Assembly (NCBI GenBank): GCA_965368975.1
Contig: CBDUPA010000004.1
Span: forward strand, 64,001 to 128,000
Length of the DNA stretch: 64,000 nucleotides
Direction of reading: 5' to 3'
From: an uncultured bacterium
GTDB taxonomy: Bacteria; Acidobacteriota; Thermoanaerobaculia; Multivoradales; JAHZIX01
Under the pieces are notes generated by a model that worked only from the letters and a program-made list of their open reading frames with translations, made no database searches and was not told the origin of the DNA. The position numbers and the translations under genes are program-made. Positions 9,042 to 20,717 of the stretch are shown one piece after another (the first letter of the stretch is position 1; every line of letters starts with the position of its first letter).

Positions 9042-10913
9042 TCAGGCGTCGGCGCGCAGCATCTCCAGTTCCTGGATCACCGGCCACAATGCAGCGGCCG
9101 GCTGAGGGACCGAGAACAAGAAACCCTGGGCCGAGTCGCAGCCGATGCGGTGCAGGAAGTCGCGTTGCCAGGCGGTCTCGACGCCCTCGGCAATGACGTG
9201 CAGGCTCAGGCTTTGCGCCAGGCGCACGACACCCTCGATCAGGGCTCCGGCACCGCTGCGGCCCTGCGCGTCGTCGGCATCGTCCGGCGCTGTGCCCTCG
9301 GGACCGGGACGCAGTTCGCGCACGAAGGCACGGTCGATCTTGAGGCCGTCCAACTGCAAGCGCTGGAGGTAGGCGAGTGAGGAGTAGCCGGTGCCGAAGT
9401 CGTCGACGGTTACCTGCACGCCGTGCACTTGCAACTGCCGCAGGTGCCGGGAGGCCGTGTCGAGATCGCGCATCAGCATGCTCTCGGTGATCTCGAGGCC
9501 CAGCGCTGCGGCCGGCAGACTGCTTTCCCGCAGAATGTCGGCGACCGTGTCGACGAAATCCGGGGCGGTGAACTGCAACGCCGAGACGTTGACCCAGATG
9601 CGCAGCGGTCGCTGTGCGCTTTCTTGCCAGGCCACGGCCTGGCGGCACGCTTCGCGCAGCGCCCAGCCGCCCAGATCCTCGATCAGGCCGCACTGCTCAG
9701 CTAGCGAGATGAACTTCTCGGGCAGCAGCAAGCCCCGGTCCGGGTGTTGCCAGCGCATCAGGGCCTCGATCCCGATCACCGCCGAGTTGACCAGGTCGAC
9801 CTGCGGCTGGAAGTAGAGTTGCAGTTCGTCGCGCTCCAAGGCTCCGCGTAGCTGGTGTTCCAGTTCGAAGCGCTCCAGTGCCTGCTCGGTCATCTCCGGT
9901 GAGAAGCACTGGATCGGTCCGTGGTGACCTTGGGCCTTGGCGCGGTAGAGGGCGCTGTCGGCGCTTTGCAAGAGAGTCGTCGGATTCTCGGCATCCTGCG
10001 GGTAGAGGCTGATGCCGGCGCTGGCGTTGAGGAAGATCTCGCGCTGGCCGACGCGGAATGGTGTTCCCAAGATCGCGAGCAGCTTGCGTGCCACCATCAC
10101 CGCCGCCGCCGTCTCGTGCAGGCCGTTGAGCACTACGAGGAACTCGTCGCCTCCCATGCGTACCAGCGTATCCGTTTGTCGCGTGCAGGTGCGGAAGCGC
10201 TCGGCCACCTGGCGTAGTAGTTGGTCGCCCACGGGGTGTCCGAGGCTTTCGTTGACTTCCTTGAAGCGATCAAGGTCGATCAACAGCACGGCCACCAGTG
10301 TCTTGCGTCGATGCGCCAGGAAGAGTGCCTGCTGGAGACGGTCGTTGAGCAGGTAGCGGTTGGGTAGGTCGGTCAGGGGGTCGTGCTGCGCCTGGTAGAT
10401 GAGGCTCTGGCTCAGTTGACCATGGCCGATGGCCAGGGCGGCCATCCTGGTCATCATCTCGAGCACATCTTGCTCCCAGTCCTCGGGTTCGCGCGCCGGC
10501 GGGCCAAAGACTTCCAGCTCGCCGAGTCGCTCTCCGGGCCGGCCCTGGATGAACATCTTCCAGGTGGCCGATTGTCCCGTCTCGGCCCGTGGCTTGGCAG
10601 GTTGCAGCAATTCCGCCGAACTCGTGGCTTGCGCGACCTTGGGTTCCAGGCAGATCTGGCCCCAAGTGCCAGGGATCAGCTCACTCAGCATGGCGAGCAA
10701 CTGTTGCAAAGTGTCGCGCAAGGACTGCTCTTGCGACACCATGCGCACCGCCAAGGTGCTGGCCTTGAGCAAGCCGGCGAGTAGCCTGCGGTCGTGATGG
10801 AGCTCGGTTTCGAGTGTGGACAGCTGCTGCTCGAGGGTGCGCAGCTGGGCCTTCAGTGCGGCGTTGGCGACGTTCTGGAACGAGCCCTGAATCGTGTCGG
10901 AAAAACTTGCCAT
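9042..10913 (-). CDS. Diguanylate cyclase/phosphodiesterase (GAF-like, GGDEF, EAL)
   Basis: HDPLTDLPNR, RMGGDEF, IEALMRW, DDFGTGYSS, IAEGVET all intact; start at ATG 10913 (MASFSD). Confidence 0.93.
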   Translation of the reverse strand: MASFSDTIQGSFQNVANAALKAQLRTLEQQLSTLETELHHDRRLLAGLLKASTLAVRMVSQEQSLRDTLQQLLAMLSELIPGTWGQICLEPKVAQATSSAELLQPAKPRAETGQSATWKMFIQGRPGERLGELEVFGPPAREPEDWEQDVLEMMTRMAALAIGHGQLSQSLIYQAQHDPLTDLPNRYLLNDRLQQALFLAHRRKTLVAVLLIDLDRFKEVNESLGHPVGDQLLRQVAERFRTCTRQTDTLVRMGGDEFLVVLNGLHETAAAVMVARKLLAILGTPFRVGQREIFLNASAGISLYPQDAENPTTLLQSADSALYRAKAQGHHGPIQCFSPEMTEQALERFELEHQLRGALERDELQLYFQPQVDLVNSAVIGIEALMRWQHPDRGLLLPEKFISLAEQCGLIEDLGGWALREACRQAVAWQESAQRPLRIWVNVSALQFTAPDFVDTVADILRESSLPAAALGLEITESMLMRDLDTASRHLRQLQVHGVQVTVDDFGTGYSSLAYLQRLQLDGLKIDRAFVRELRPGPEGTAPDDADDAQGRSGAGALIEGVVRLAQSLSLHVIAEGVETAWQRDFLHRIGCDSAQGFLFSVPQPAAALWPVIQELEMLRADA

Positions 10914-11173
10914 GTGCGGTGGATCCCTGTCCTGGAAAGAAGGTGTCTTTGCGGAAGACCAGGCACCAAGAGGCATTCGAAATTCAAGAGGAACTCAGTA
11001 ACCGTTAATCATAGTCCTCGACACGGCAAAGAACAAGGACACGATTCGGGAGACAGGAAACTGCCGACTTGGATTCCCGGCCGCCAAACGGCAATCGCCC
11101 GATGCGCGATCCCGCGGAGAGCGGGGGTGGCACCGGGCGAATGTGCGGGGCAGCGCGAGTTTCTAGCTGCGTC

Positions 11174-11569
11174 TCAGCGCGAAGGAGGACCGGGGGGCAC
11201 GGACTTCAGTCGTGCTACAGCTTGCAGGTAGACATCTGCTGTCATCAGGTCCTGCTTCCAGCACTGGCGCAGAACGCCTCGCAGAGCTGTCAAGTAGCGG
11301 TTGATGGTCGCGGACGTTGTGCTGGCTGTGCTGCCGTTGCGCGGGATCCACTCGCCGCTGGTGAGGTGCTCGTGCACGTCGGCCACTTCCGAGCCTGTCA
11401 GCTGCCACCAGGGCGCTTCGAGGCCATCGAAGCCATTCTTACGGCTCTTGGCGTGGCTCCATTCGATGCGCTCTGCGAGCAGGTTCAAAGCCTCACGGGC
11501 GGTGCGCTCATTGCGGGACGACAAGCCGCTCAGGTACGTCTCAACAGGATTTGGATCAGGTTGCTTCAT
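11174..11569 (-). pseudogene. N-terminal core-binding domain of a tyrosine recombinase with no catalytic domain
   Basis: NPVETYLSGLS..RTAREALNLLA..PWWQL..SATINRYLTALRGVLRQCWKQDLM..VY; stops at about 131 aa where the catalytic domain would begin. Confidence 0.65.
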
Positions 11570-11862
11570 CTGCCCTTTTACCTCCTTGGGGTCACGAGTG
11601 CAGGCATTCCAAACGCTCAGCCTCAGTCGATGCCCCTTGCTGCTCATGTCACCTTCCAGCAGGACTCAGGGCGCTGATGGCTCCCCCTCCACGGTTGAGC
11701 TCGATGATACAACAAAAAAGGGTTGTGTCCATAGAGTCCTGCAATTTTTCTTCGGCGACCTCAAAAAAACACGCGATCAACGACCGTCGCGAAGGCTCCA
11801 GCTATGGGGTCGGAGGTGCCGCTAGGCTGGAAGGGTGGTGGGTGCGGGCTCGTTGGTCGCAG

Positions 11863-13944
11863 TTACCAGGCCACGACGGTGCGCGCCGCTTCCAGGACCG
11901 CGTCCGCGCCGGGTAGCAGGACTTTCTCGAGGTTCTTGGCGAAGGGAACCGGACGGTCCGGGTAGGTGACGCGGCGGATCGGAGCGTCGAGCCAGGGGAA
12001 GGCGGAGTCCGCCAGCTGGGCGGCGACTTCGGCGCCGAAGCCGGCGGTCATTTGGGCCTCGTGGGTGACCACGGCGCGCGCTGTCTTGCGCACCGAGGCG
12101 ACGACGGTGTCGATGTCGAGTGGCACGAGGGTGCGCAGATCGATGACTTCGGCCTCGATCCCTTCGGCGGCCAGCGCCTCGGCCGCGTCGAGGCACCACC
12201 AGGTCGAAGCGCCGTAGCCGATCAACGTGACGTCCTTGCCTACGCGGCGCACGGCGGCCTGGCCCAGTTCGGCGGTCAGGTCGCCCTCGGGCAAGGCATC
12301 CTTGATGCGCCGGTAGAGGAACTTGTGCTCGCAGAAGATCACCGGGTTGGGGTCGCGGATCGCCGCCTTGAGCAGGCCGATGGCGTCGCGAGTGGTGGCT
12401 GGGCAGACGACCTTGAGGCCGGCCACGTGGCTGAACCAGGCTTCCGGATTCTGCGAGTGGAACGGACCGGCACCGACGCCCCCTCCTGCAGGTAGGCGCA
12501 CCACCAGCGGGCAGGGCATTTGCCAGCGGTAGTAGAGCTTGGCCGCGACATTGACCAGCTGGTTGAAGCCGCAGGAGATGAAGTCGGCGAACTGCATCTC
12601 GATCACGGGTCGGTAGCCGAGCAGCGCGGCACCGGCGGCAATGCCCAGCGTGCCACTCTCGGCGATGGGCGTGTCGAGTACTCGCGTTGGCCAGCGCTCG
12701 TGCAGACCACGGGTGATGCGGAAGGCGCCTTCGAAGACGCCGATGTCCTGCCCCATCAGCACGACCGCCTCGTCGCGCTCCATCTCTTCCTGTAGGGCTC
12801 GGTGCACGGCCTCGACGTAGGTCATCGTCGGTCCCGCCTCCGCGCCTGCCGGTTCCGTCACCGTCTTTGTCACGGTCTCTGCCGGTGCCGCTGCCGGCGC
12901 CTCCGCCAGCGCAAACGCAGGCCGCTCGGCGATCTCGTCAGCCGGCGGTGCACAATCGAGGGCGCCTTGGATCGCCTCCTCCACCAGTTCGCCGATGCGT
13001 CGGTCCAAGCGTTCGCGGGTCGTCGCGTCGAGCACGCCATCGTCGACCAGCTTCTGGGCGTAGGTAGGCACCGGGTCGGCGGCCATGTAAGTAGCGAGTT
13101 CGTCCTGCGGTACGACCTTGAGCGAGTCGTCACCCTCGCTGTGGCCGCGCATGCGACCCAGTCGGGCCTCCACCAGGGTCGGCCCTTCGCCAGCGCGCGC
13201 GCGGTCGATCGCTGTGCGCATCACTTCGGCGACGGCATCCGGATCGTTGCCGTCCACCGATACGCCCGGGATGCCGTAGCCGGCGCCGCGATCGGCCAGG
13301 CTCTCGCAGGCGAACTGGTTCGCCACCGGCGTTGAAAAGGCGTATTGGTTGTTCTCGACCACCAAGACCAGCGGTAGCTTCCACACGGCGGCCATGTTCA
13401 GGCCTTCGTGGAAGTCACCGGTCGAGGTGCCACCGTCGCCGATGAAGTTGATCGCCACGCGATCGCTGCCGCGCTGCTTGAGCGCGAAGGCACAGCCAGC
13501 GGCAACGGGGATCATGGCGCCCAGGTGGCTGATCATGCCGATGTGGTGGATGCCGGCTTCGGCGTCGACGTGCGCGTAGTGGAAGGAGCGCTCGATGCCC
13601 TGTGAGAAACCGTCGGCCTTGCCCAGCAGCTGGCAGGCCAAGCGGTAGAGCAGGTGCTGCGGCTCGGGTCGTCGGCCGTCTGGTTCCCCGAAGCCGAAGT
13701 CCGGGAAGGCGCGCGCCGGATCCAGGTAGACGGCCAGGATGGCCCCGAGGTCACGGTGCAGACTGCACAGCACGTCGTTGGCCTCCAGGGCCAGGCCAGC
13801 GGGCACCGTCGTGGCCTCGTTGCCCACCTCGCTGTACCACTTGGAGATGCGGCCGGTGAGCAGCAGGTTCTCGAAACGCAGATCGAGGTCCCGGGCCAAT
13901 TTCATGTATGCGTAGCGGCACAGACGGCGAGTTTGGGCGTCCAA
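11863..13944 (-). CDS. Fused E1 alpha/beta subunit of a 2-oxoacid (probably branched-chain) dehydrogenase
   Basis: TPP motif GDGGTSTGDFHEGLN..VENN, RMRGHSEGD, DTPIAESG, EMQFADF, GPFHSQ; TTG start at 13944 after GAGGA. Confidence 0.9.
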   Translation of the reverse strand: MDAQTRRLCRYAYMKLARDLDLRFENLLLTGRISKWYSEVGNEATTVPAGLALEANDVLCSLHRDLGAILAVYLDPARAFPDFGFGEPDGRRPEPQHLLYRLACQLLGKADGFSQGIERSFHYAHVDAEAGIHHIGMISHLGAMIPVAAGCAFALKQRGSDRVAINFIGDGGTSTGDFHEGLNMAAVWKLPLVLVVENNQYAFSTPVANQFACESLADRGAGYGIPGVSVDGNDPDAVAEVMRTAIDRARAGEGPTLVEARLGRMRGHSEGDDSLKVVPQDELATYMAADPVPTYAQKLVDDGVLDATTRERLDRRIGELVEEAIQGALDCAPPADEIAERPAFALAEAPAAAPAETVTKTVTEPAGAEAGPTMTYVEAVHRALQEEMERDEAVVLMGQDIGVFEGAFRITRGLHERWPTRVLDTPIAESGTLGIAAGAALLGYRPVIEMQFADFISCGFNQLVNVAAKLYYRWQMPCPLVVRLPAGGGVGAGPFHSQNPEAWFSHVAGLKVVCPATTRDAIGLLKAAIRDPNPVIFCEHKFLYRRIKDALPEGDLTAELGQAAVRRVGKDVTLIGYGASTWWCLDAAEALAAEGIEAEVIDLRTLVPLDIDTVVASVRKTARAVVTHEAQMTAGFGAEVAAQLADSAFPWLDAPIRRVTYPDRPVPFAKNLEKVLLPGADAVLEAARTVVAW

Positions 13945-14036
13945 AACGGGTGTCCTCTGAGTCAGAGTGTCGGGATGAGTGGTTGGGGTGCGGTTCGGCG
14001 GCAGGCATGGTCGCCGGGATCGGGCCATGCGGGCCG

Positions 14037-16151
14037 TCAGCGCAGGGCTTGGATCTTACTCTGCAATTGTGCCCAGCGGGGATCCTGCGGCGCCATTTGT
14101 ACCAGGATGCGCAGCGCCAGCGTGGCGCCGTCCGCGTCACCCGCGGCGATCGACGCCTCGATCTGGCGCACCCCCTGGTCGAGTGAGCTCTGGCGCTGGC
14201 TGTTGCGCTGCAAGCGATCCACTTCCGCGAACATCTCGGCCGCGCGTCGGCTGTTGGGCAAGGTGTCGTTCAGGCCCCGAGCGGCGTCGCGGGCACCTTC
14301 CCAGTCGCCGGCTTCGCAGCAGCGCTGGAAGCGTTCGTCATAGGGGCCGGAGACCGACGACTCCTTTTCCCGTGCGCGTGCCTCTTCCAGTCGATTCGAG
14401 TAGAGGGAGAGTGTGAGCTTGGGGATACCCAGATCTGCGATGCTGCGCAGTGCTGCTTCGGCGTCGTCGAGCTGGGCAGCCTCGAGCGCGGCTTCGAAGC
14501 GCTTCTTGCGCTCTTCGAACTCCTCGGTCTCGGTCAACTCCTGCTGTGCCTCTTCCAGCTCTTGCATGAACGGCTCGACAAGGCGTCCCGAGGGGTCGAA
14601 GCGGGCGGCCGTCTCCATCTGCTTGCGCGCGGTCTTGAAGTCACCGCGCTCGATCGCCTCGCGGCCGATGTTCAGTGCCTCCTCGGCGCGCTCCTTCTGT
14701 GTTTCTTCTTCACCCAGAATCTCGACCCAGTTCTCGAAGTCTTCGCGCCGCGGGTGGGTGGGGTGCATCTCGAGCAGCGTCTCGAGGGCCATGTCGGCTA
14801 GGGTCTTGTGTCCTTGCTTGAGGTACTTGTCGACCAGGCCCTCGGCTTCCTTGACCTGCTCGCGGATCTGCTCCTGGTCACGCTTGCGCTGTAGCCGATT
14901 GCGCAACGCCTCGAGCCCCGGGGCTCCCGGTTGGGCTTCTTCGAGCCGTGCGACGACCTTGTCGACCTCGTCGAGGTTGCCGAGCTTCAGGGCTTCTTCT
15001 GCCAGGTCGATGAGACGTGACGTCTCCTTGACTCGCTCGGCTGCTTCGTCGATCTGATTGATCGAGCTGGTGGGTTTCGATGCATCGCTGCTACCGCCGC
15101 CCGGGGCTTGCGCGGGGGCGTCCGCTGGTGTTCCCGCTGGAGTCTCCCTGGGGGTTGCGGGTGCCGGAGACGTTGGTGCCGGAGACGCTGGTGCTGTGGG
15201 AGCCTTCGCGGCAGCCGTTGCCGATGGCTTGACTGTCGGGCTGCTGCCGCTACGTACCAGCTGCGTGGCTGCCTGGCGCAGACTCTCTTCGATCGGAGCC
15301 AGCGCCCGGATCAACTCCCCGGCGTCGGCATGGCGCTGCCCGCGGTCACGGCTCAACAGGCGGGACATCACCCCCTCCAGTTCCGCCGGTACCTGCACCG
15401 CGGGGTTGCGACCGGCCAACGGCAGAGGGTCTTCACTCAGACGCTTGAAGATGACGTCCTGCGGCGAGGCGCCGACGAAGGGCGGCATGCCGGTGATCAT
15501 TTCGTAGAGCACCAGGCCGAAGGAATAGAGGTCCGTGCGGTGGTCCAGGTTCTCGACTTTGCCCAGACCTGCCTGTTCTGGTGAGCAGTACTGCAGCTTG
15601 CCCATGAACATGCCCGCCTGCGTGACGTCGAAGCGCGGATCTGGCTCCAGGCTCTTGGCCAGCCCGAGATCGATGATCTTGACCACGTACTGGCTGCGTG
15701 AGCCGCGCGTGATCATTAGGTTGTCGGGGCTGATGTCGCGATGAATGATGCCACTGGCGTGGATCTCACCGAGGCCGCGCAGGGCCTGGATCGACAGTTG
15801 TAGCGCCGCCTGCAACGGAAACGGCCCGTACTGGCGCAGCCAGTGTCCGACGTCGTTGCCTTCGATGTGTTCCCACACCATGTAGAAGCTGTCGTCCGGC
15901 AGCTGAGCGAAGTCGTAGAGAATCGCGACGTTGGTGTGCTTGATCTCGGTGGCCAGCCGCGCTTCGCGCTGGAACCGCTTGAGCGCCGACTCGCTGGAGG
16001 CCAGTTCCTGGCGCAGGATCTTGATCACCCGCTTCTGATCCAGGTGCAAGTGCCGAACCAGGTGGATGTCCCCCATGCCGCCGCTGGCCAGCGGTTCGAG
16101 CACTTCGTACTTGTCGTCGATGATGGATCCGGGCTGCCGAGCTTCGCTCAC
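14037..16151 (-). CDS. Hanks-type Ser/Thr protein kinase with Pro/Ala linker and helical TPR-like C-terminus
   Basis: ASGGMGDIH, VIKIL, HRDISPDNL, IDLGLAK, YCSPEQ, DLYSFG; no obvious transmembrane segment. Confidence 0.92.
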   Translation of the reverse strand: MSEARQPGSIIDDKYEVLEPLASGGMGDIHLVRHLHLDQKRVIKILRQELASSESALKRFQREARLATEIKHTNVAILYDFAQLPDDSFYMVWEHIEGNDVGHWLRQYGPFPLQAALQLSIQALRGLGEIHASGIIHRDISPDNLMITRGSRSQYVVKIIDLGLAKSLEPDPRFDVTQAGMFMGKLQYCSPEQAGLGKVENLDHRTDLYSFGLVLYEMITGMPPFVGASPQDVIFKRLSEDPLPLAGRNPAVQVPAELEGVMSRLLSRDRGQRHADAGELIRALAPIEESLRQAATQLVRSGSSPTVKPSATAAAKAPTAPASPAPTSPAPATPRETPAGTPADAPAQAPGGGSSDASKPTSSINQIDEAAERVKETSRLIDLAEEALKLGNLDEVDKVVARLEEAQPGAPGLEALRNRLQRKRDQEQIREQVKEAEGLVDKYLKQGHKTLADMALETLLEMHPTHPRREDFENWVEILGEEETQKERAEEALNIGREAIERGDFKTARKQMETAARFDPSGRLVEPFMQELEEAQQELTETEEFEERKKRFEAALEAAQLDDAEAALRSIADLGIPKLTLSLYSNRLEEARAREKESSVSGPYDERFQRCCEAGDWEGARDAARGLNDTLPNSRRAAEMFAEVDRLQRNSQRQSSLDQGVRQIEASIAAGDADGATLALRILVQMAPQDPRWAQLQSKIQALR

Positions 16152-16248
16152 CGGTGTGTCTCCCTCCGAGCCAATGAAGATGTCATGATGGGCGTCTCAT
16201 CTGTGCTTTGTCATAGATGGAGCGCCAGCATTCTAGCAGGTGTTGGGC

Positions 16249-17748
16249 TCAGAAGCCCTTGCGCAGCAAGGTGCGACGGTCGATACCCAAGATCCGCGCG
16301 GCGGCACTCTTGTTGCCGTCCGTCATGCGCAGGACGCGCGTGATGTGCCGGTGCTCCACCTCCGACAACTCCAGCGCTTCGCCTCGTTCCTGCGCCCCTG
16401 AGCCCAGCAACGATTCGATCAGCGCGCGATCGACATCGTGGTCGGTCAGCGACACCGCACCTTCGACGATATTCTGGAGTTCCCGGATGTTGCCCGGGTA
16501 GTCGTGGGCCAGGAGAAGCGCCGTCGCCTCGGTGCTGAAGTGCGGTACCGGGATGCCCTCGCGGCGGCAGAACTGCTCGGCGAAGTGGCGCACCAAGTGC
16601 GGAATGTCCTGACGTCGGTCGCGCAGCGGTGGCAGCTCGATCTCGACGCCCTTGAGCCGGTAGTAGAGGTCTTCCCGGAACTCTCGCTGCTGCACCAGCG
16701 CCGTGATCTCGCGGTGCGTTGCTGCCACCAGTCGGACGTCGAAAGGAATCGATCGATGCCCTCCCACGCGCACCACCTCGCGTTCCTGCAGCGCCCGCAG
16801 CAGCTTGGCTTGGATCGGCGTCTGCATGTCGCCGATCTCGTCGAGAAAGAGTGTGCCGCCGTCGGCCAGTTCGAACTTGCCGGCTCGTGCCTGCACGCCC
16901 GTCGCCACTCCACCCTCGATACCGAACAGCTCACTCTCCAGCAGTGTCTCCGGAATCGCCGCACAGTTGACCGCGATCAAAGGACCGTTGCGACCCGAGG
17001 AGAAGTGCAGGAGCTTGGCGATCAGCTCCTTGCCGGTGCCACTCTCACCGCGCACCAACACGTTGACGCTCCGCGGCGCGATGCGTTCCACCAGCCCCAG
17101 AATGTGCCGCATCGCCGGCGACTGCGCCACGATCCGTTGCCCCCCCGTCACCTCGACGCCCACCCGCTCACGCAGTGCCTTGTTCTCCTCCGCTAGGCGC
17201 TCGCGCTGCGTCGCCAGCTGTTCCAGCTCGCGCGCGTTGTCGAGCGCGATGCCGGAGAGCACGGCGACCGATTCGAGAAAGCGCCGGTCGTCGCCACTGA
17301 AGTCCGGCTCTTCGTCCCCGCGTACCTCCTTGTCCAGTACCGCGAGGTAGCCGAGGTACGTTTCGCGATAGGCCAGCGGCACGGCCAGCAGGTGGCGGAA
17401 GCGCCGGGACAGGAATTCTCCGCCGTGTTGCGAGAGCGGCTCGCCGGCATTGAGCAGCTTGTGCCACAACGCATCCGTGAGCATCGCTGTACCTGCCGGC
17501 GGCGACGTCCAGCCGACGCTGGCGGCAGCACGTGAACCGCCGTACGCGTCGAGGGTCACGGCGACGGCGGCCGCGGGGTCGAGGACGGAGCAAACCAGCT
17601 GTAGCAGTTCGTCGACCAGCTCCTGCTCCGGCCGCCGAGCGGTGAGAGCGAGCGCCAGGTCGTACAACGCTTCCAGCTGCAGAATGCGGCGCTTCTCGGC
17701 CAGCGGGCCGTGGTGGAGGCGTCCGGTAGGGCGCTTCGCGGCGGTCAT
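16249..17748 (-). CDS. GAF-domain sigma-54-dependent transcriptional activator (Fis HTH)
   Basis: GESGTGKE, ESELFG, GVATGV in place of GAFTGA, LFLDEIG, PGNIRELQN, NKSAAARILGIDRRTL. Confidence 0.9.
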   Translation of the reverse strand: MTAAKRPTGRLHHGPLAEKRRILQLEALYDLALALTARRPEQELVDELLQLVCSVLDPAAAVAVTLDAYGGSRAAASVGWTSPPAGTAMLTDALWHKLLNAGEPLSQHGGEFLSRRFRHLLAVPLAYRETYLGYLAVLDKEVRGDEEPDFSGDDRRFLESVAVLSGIALDNARELEQLATQRERLAEENKALRERVGVEVTGGQRIVAQSPAMRHILGLVERIAPRSVNVLVRGESGTGKELIAKLLHFSSGRNGPLIAVNCAAIPETLLESELFGIEGGVATGVQARAGKFELADGGTLFLDEIGDMQTPIQAKLLRALQEREVVRVGGHRSIPFDVRLVAATHREITALVQQREFREDLYYRLKGVEIELPPLRDRRQDIPHLVRHFAEQFCRREGIPVPHFSTEATALLLAHDYPGNIRELQNIVEGAVSLTDHDVDRALIESLLGSGAQERGEALELSEVEHRHITRVLRMTDGNKSAAARILGIDRRTLLRKGF

Positions 17749-17855
17749 GGAGGAATGCTAGCACTGGCGGCTGGGATCGGAAGCCCTCGCCAGGTGTCCC
17801 CGATGGAGCTGAGGCAGCAAGGCTTAGCCTACCGGTGAAGCGGCCTCCAAGCCCA

Positions 17856-18518
17856 TCAAGGATCTCGGTGCTTCCGTCGACGCTGTTCTACGACCAACGT
17901 GACGATGGGGAACAGCGCGATGAGCGGCAGAACGTAGAACGCCGGTTCACCGAAATCCGCGCCCTTGGGTCGATAGATACCGCCATAGAGCAGGCAGGTG
18001 AGACCGTAGACGACCAGAATGCCAGTTCCGCACAGGCGCCACAGGCTCGAGTCGATCAAGGCGGTCTCCGTCTCGGGCGGTCCTGCGATGGCACTAGTGC
18101 TGGGACGCAGGATCGGCAGCCAGCGGTCGAGGTCCCACAGCACCAGCGTGACGGTGCCCCCGAGCATCAAGGTGGTGACGATGGCCGTGGGGATGACACC
18201 TGTGCTCCAGCAGAACACCATGATGCAGGTCATGACCGGCAGCGTCATCAGCGCTCCCAGGGTGGCGAAGGTCTGCGTCATCAAGAGCACGGCGATGAGC
18301 AATTGGACGCCGCCGACGAACTGGTAGAAGAAACCGGTGGCGTAGAAGGCGTGGAGGAACTCGTGGAAGGCGCCGGTGTTCGCGGGGTCCGTGAAGGGTT
18401 GGTACAGCACCTTTTTGAGTCCCGCGGGCAGGAACGCGAAGCCCAGTAGGATGCGCAGGTTGGCGATGAGTAGATGAGCCCACCGGTGCGTGCGGATAGT
18501 GTCGACAATGTGGTTCAA
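17856..18518 (-). CDS. DoxX-like membrane protein
   Basis: LRILLGFAFLPAGLKKV followed by several hydrophobic helices; probable TTG start at 18518. Confidence 0.7.
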   Translation of the reverse strand: MNHIVDTIRTHRWAHLLIANLRILLGFAFLPAGLKKVLYQPFTDPANTGAFHEFLHAFYATGFFYQFVGGVQLLIAVLLMTQTFATLGALMTLPVMTCIMVFCWSTGVIPTAIVTTLMLGGTVTLVLWDLDRWLPILRPSTSAIAGPPETETALIDSSLWRLCGTGILVVYGLTCLLYGGIYRPKGADFGEPAFYVLPLIALFPIVTLVVEQRRRKHRDP

Positions 18519-18624
18519 GAGGCTGTGTCTCGTGGTCGGTGACGATCGAATCGGTCCAGTGTTTGGCCATTCTACGAGATCATCACGCCTCGCCGAAAAC
18601 CAACGGTGGTATCCTCTCCGGCCC

Positions 18625-20556
<1,932 letters not shown>

Positions 20557-20593
20557 TTACAACCCCCGACGCCCGGGGTCCGGCCGAATCCGG

Positions 20594-20701
20594 TTCTGGG
20601 TAGGGGCGACCCCATGTGGTCGCCCTGGGGTGGTGGGGGGCAGGGAGATCCGGATGCGGCTAGGCCGCAGGGCAGGCACACGGGCCTGCCCCTACCCAGA
20701 A
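20594..20701. repeat. Inverted pair of GTAG-type REP palindromes (REPIN/BIME-like), probably also a bidirectional terminator
   Basis: GTAGGGGCGACCCCATGTGGTCGCCC (20600-20625) and GGGCAGGCACACGGGCCTGCCCCTAC (20670-20695); 14-bp outer inverted repeat TTCTGGGTAGGGGC/GCCCCTACCCAGAA; lies between convergent genes. Confidence 0.75.
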
Positions 20702-20717
20702 ATTCCCCGAGGCCTGC

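Noticed and set aside
10914-11830. Intact prophage or integrative element
   Set aside because: There is no catalytic integrase domain, tRNA, att repeat or other mobile-element gene nearby.
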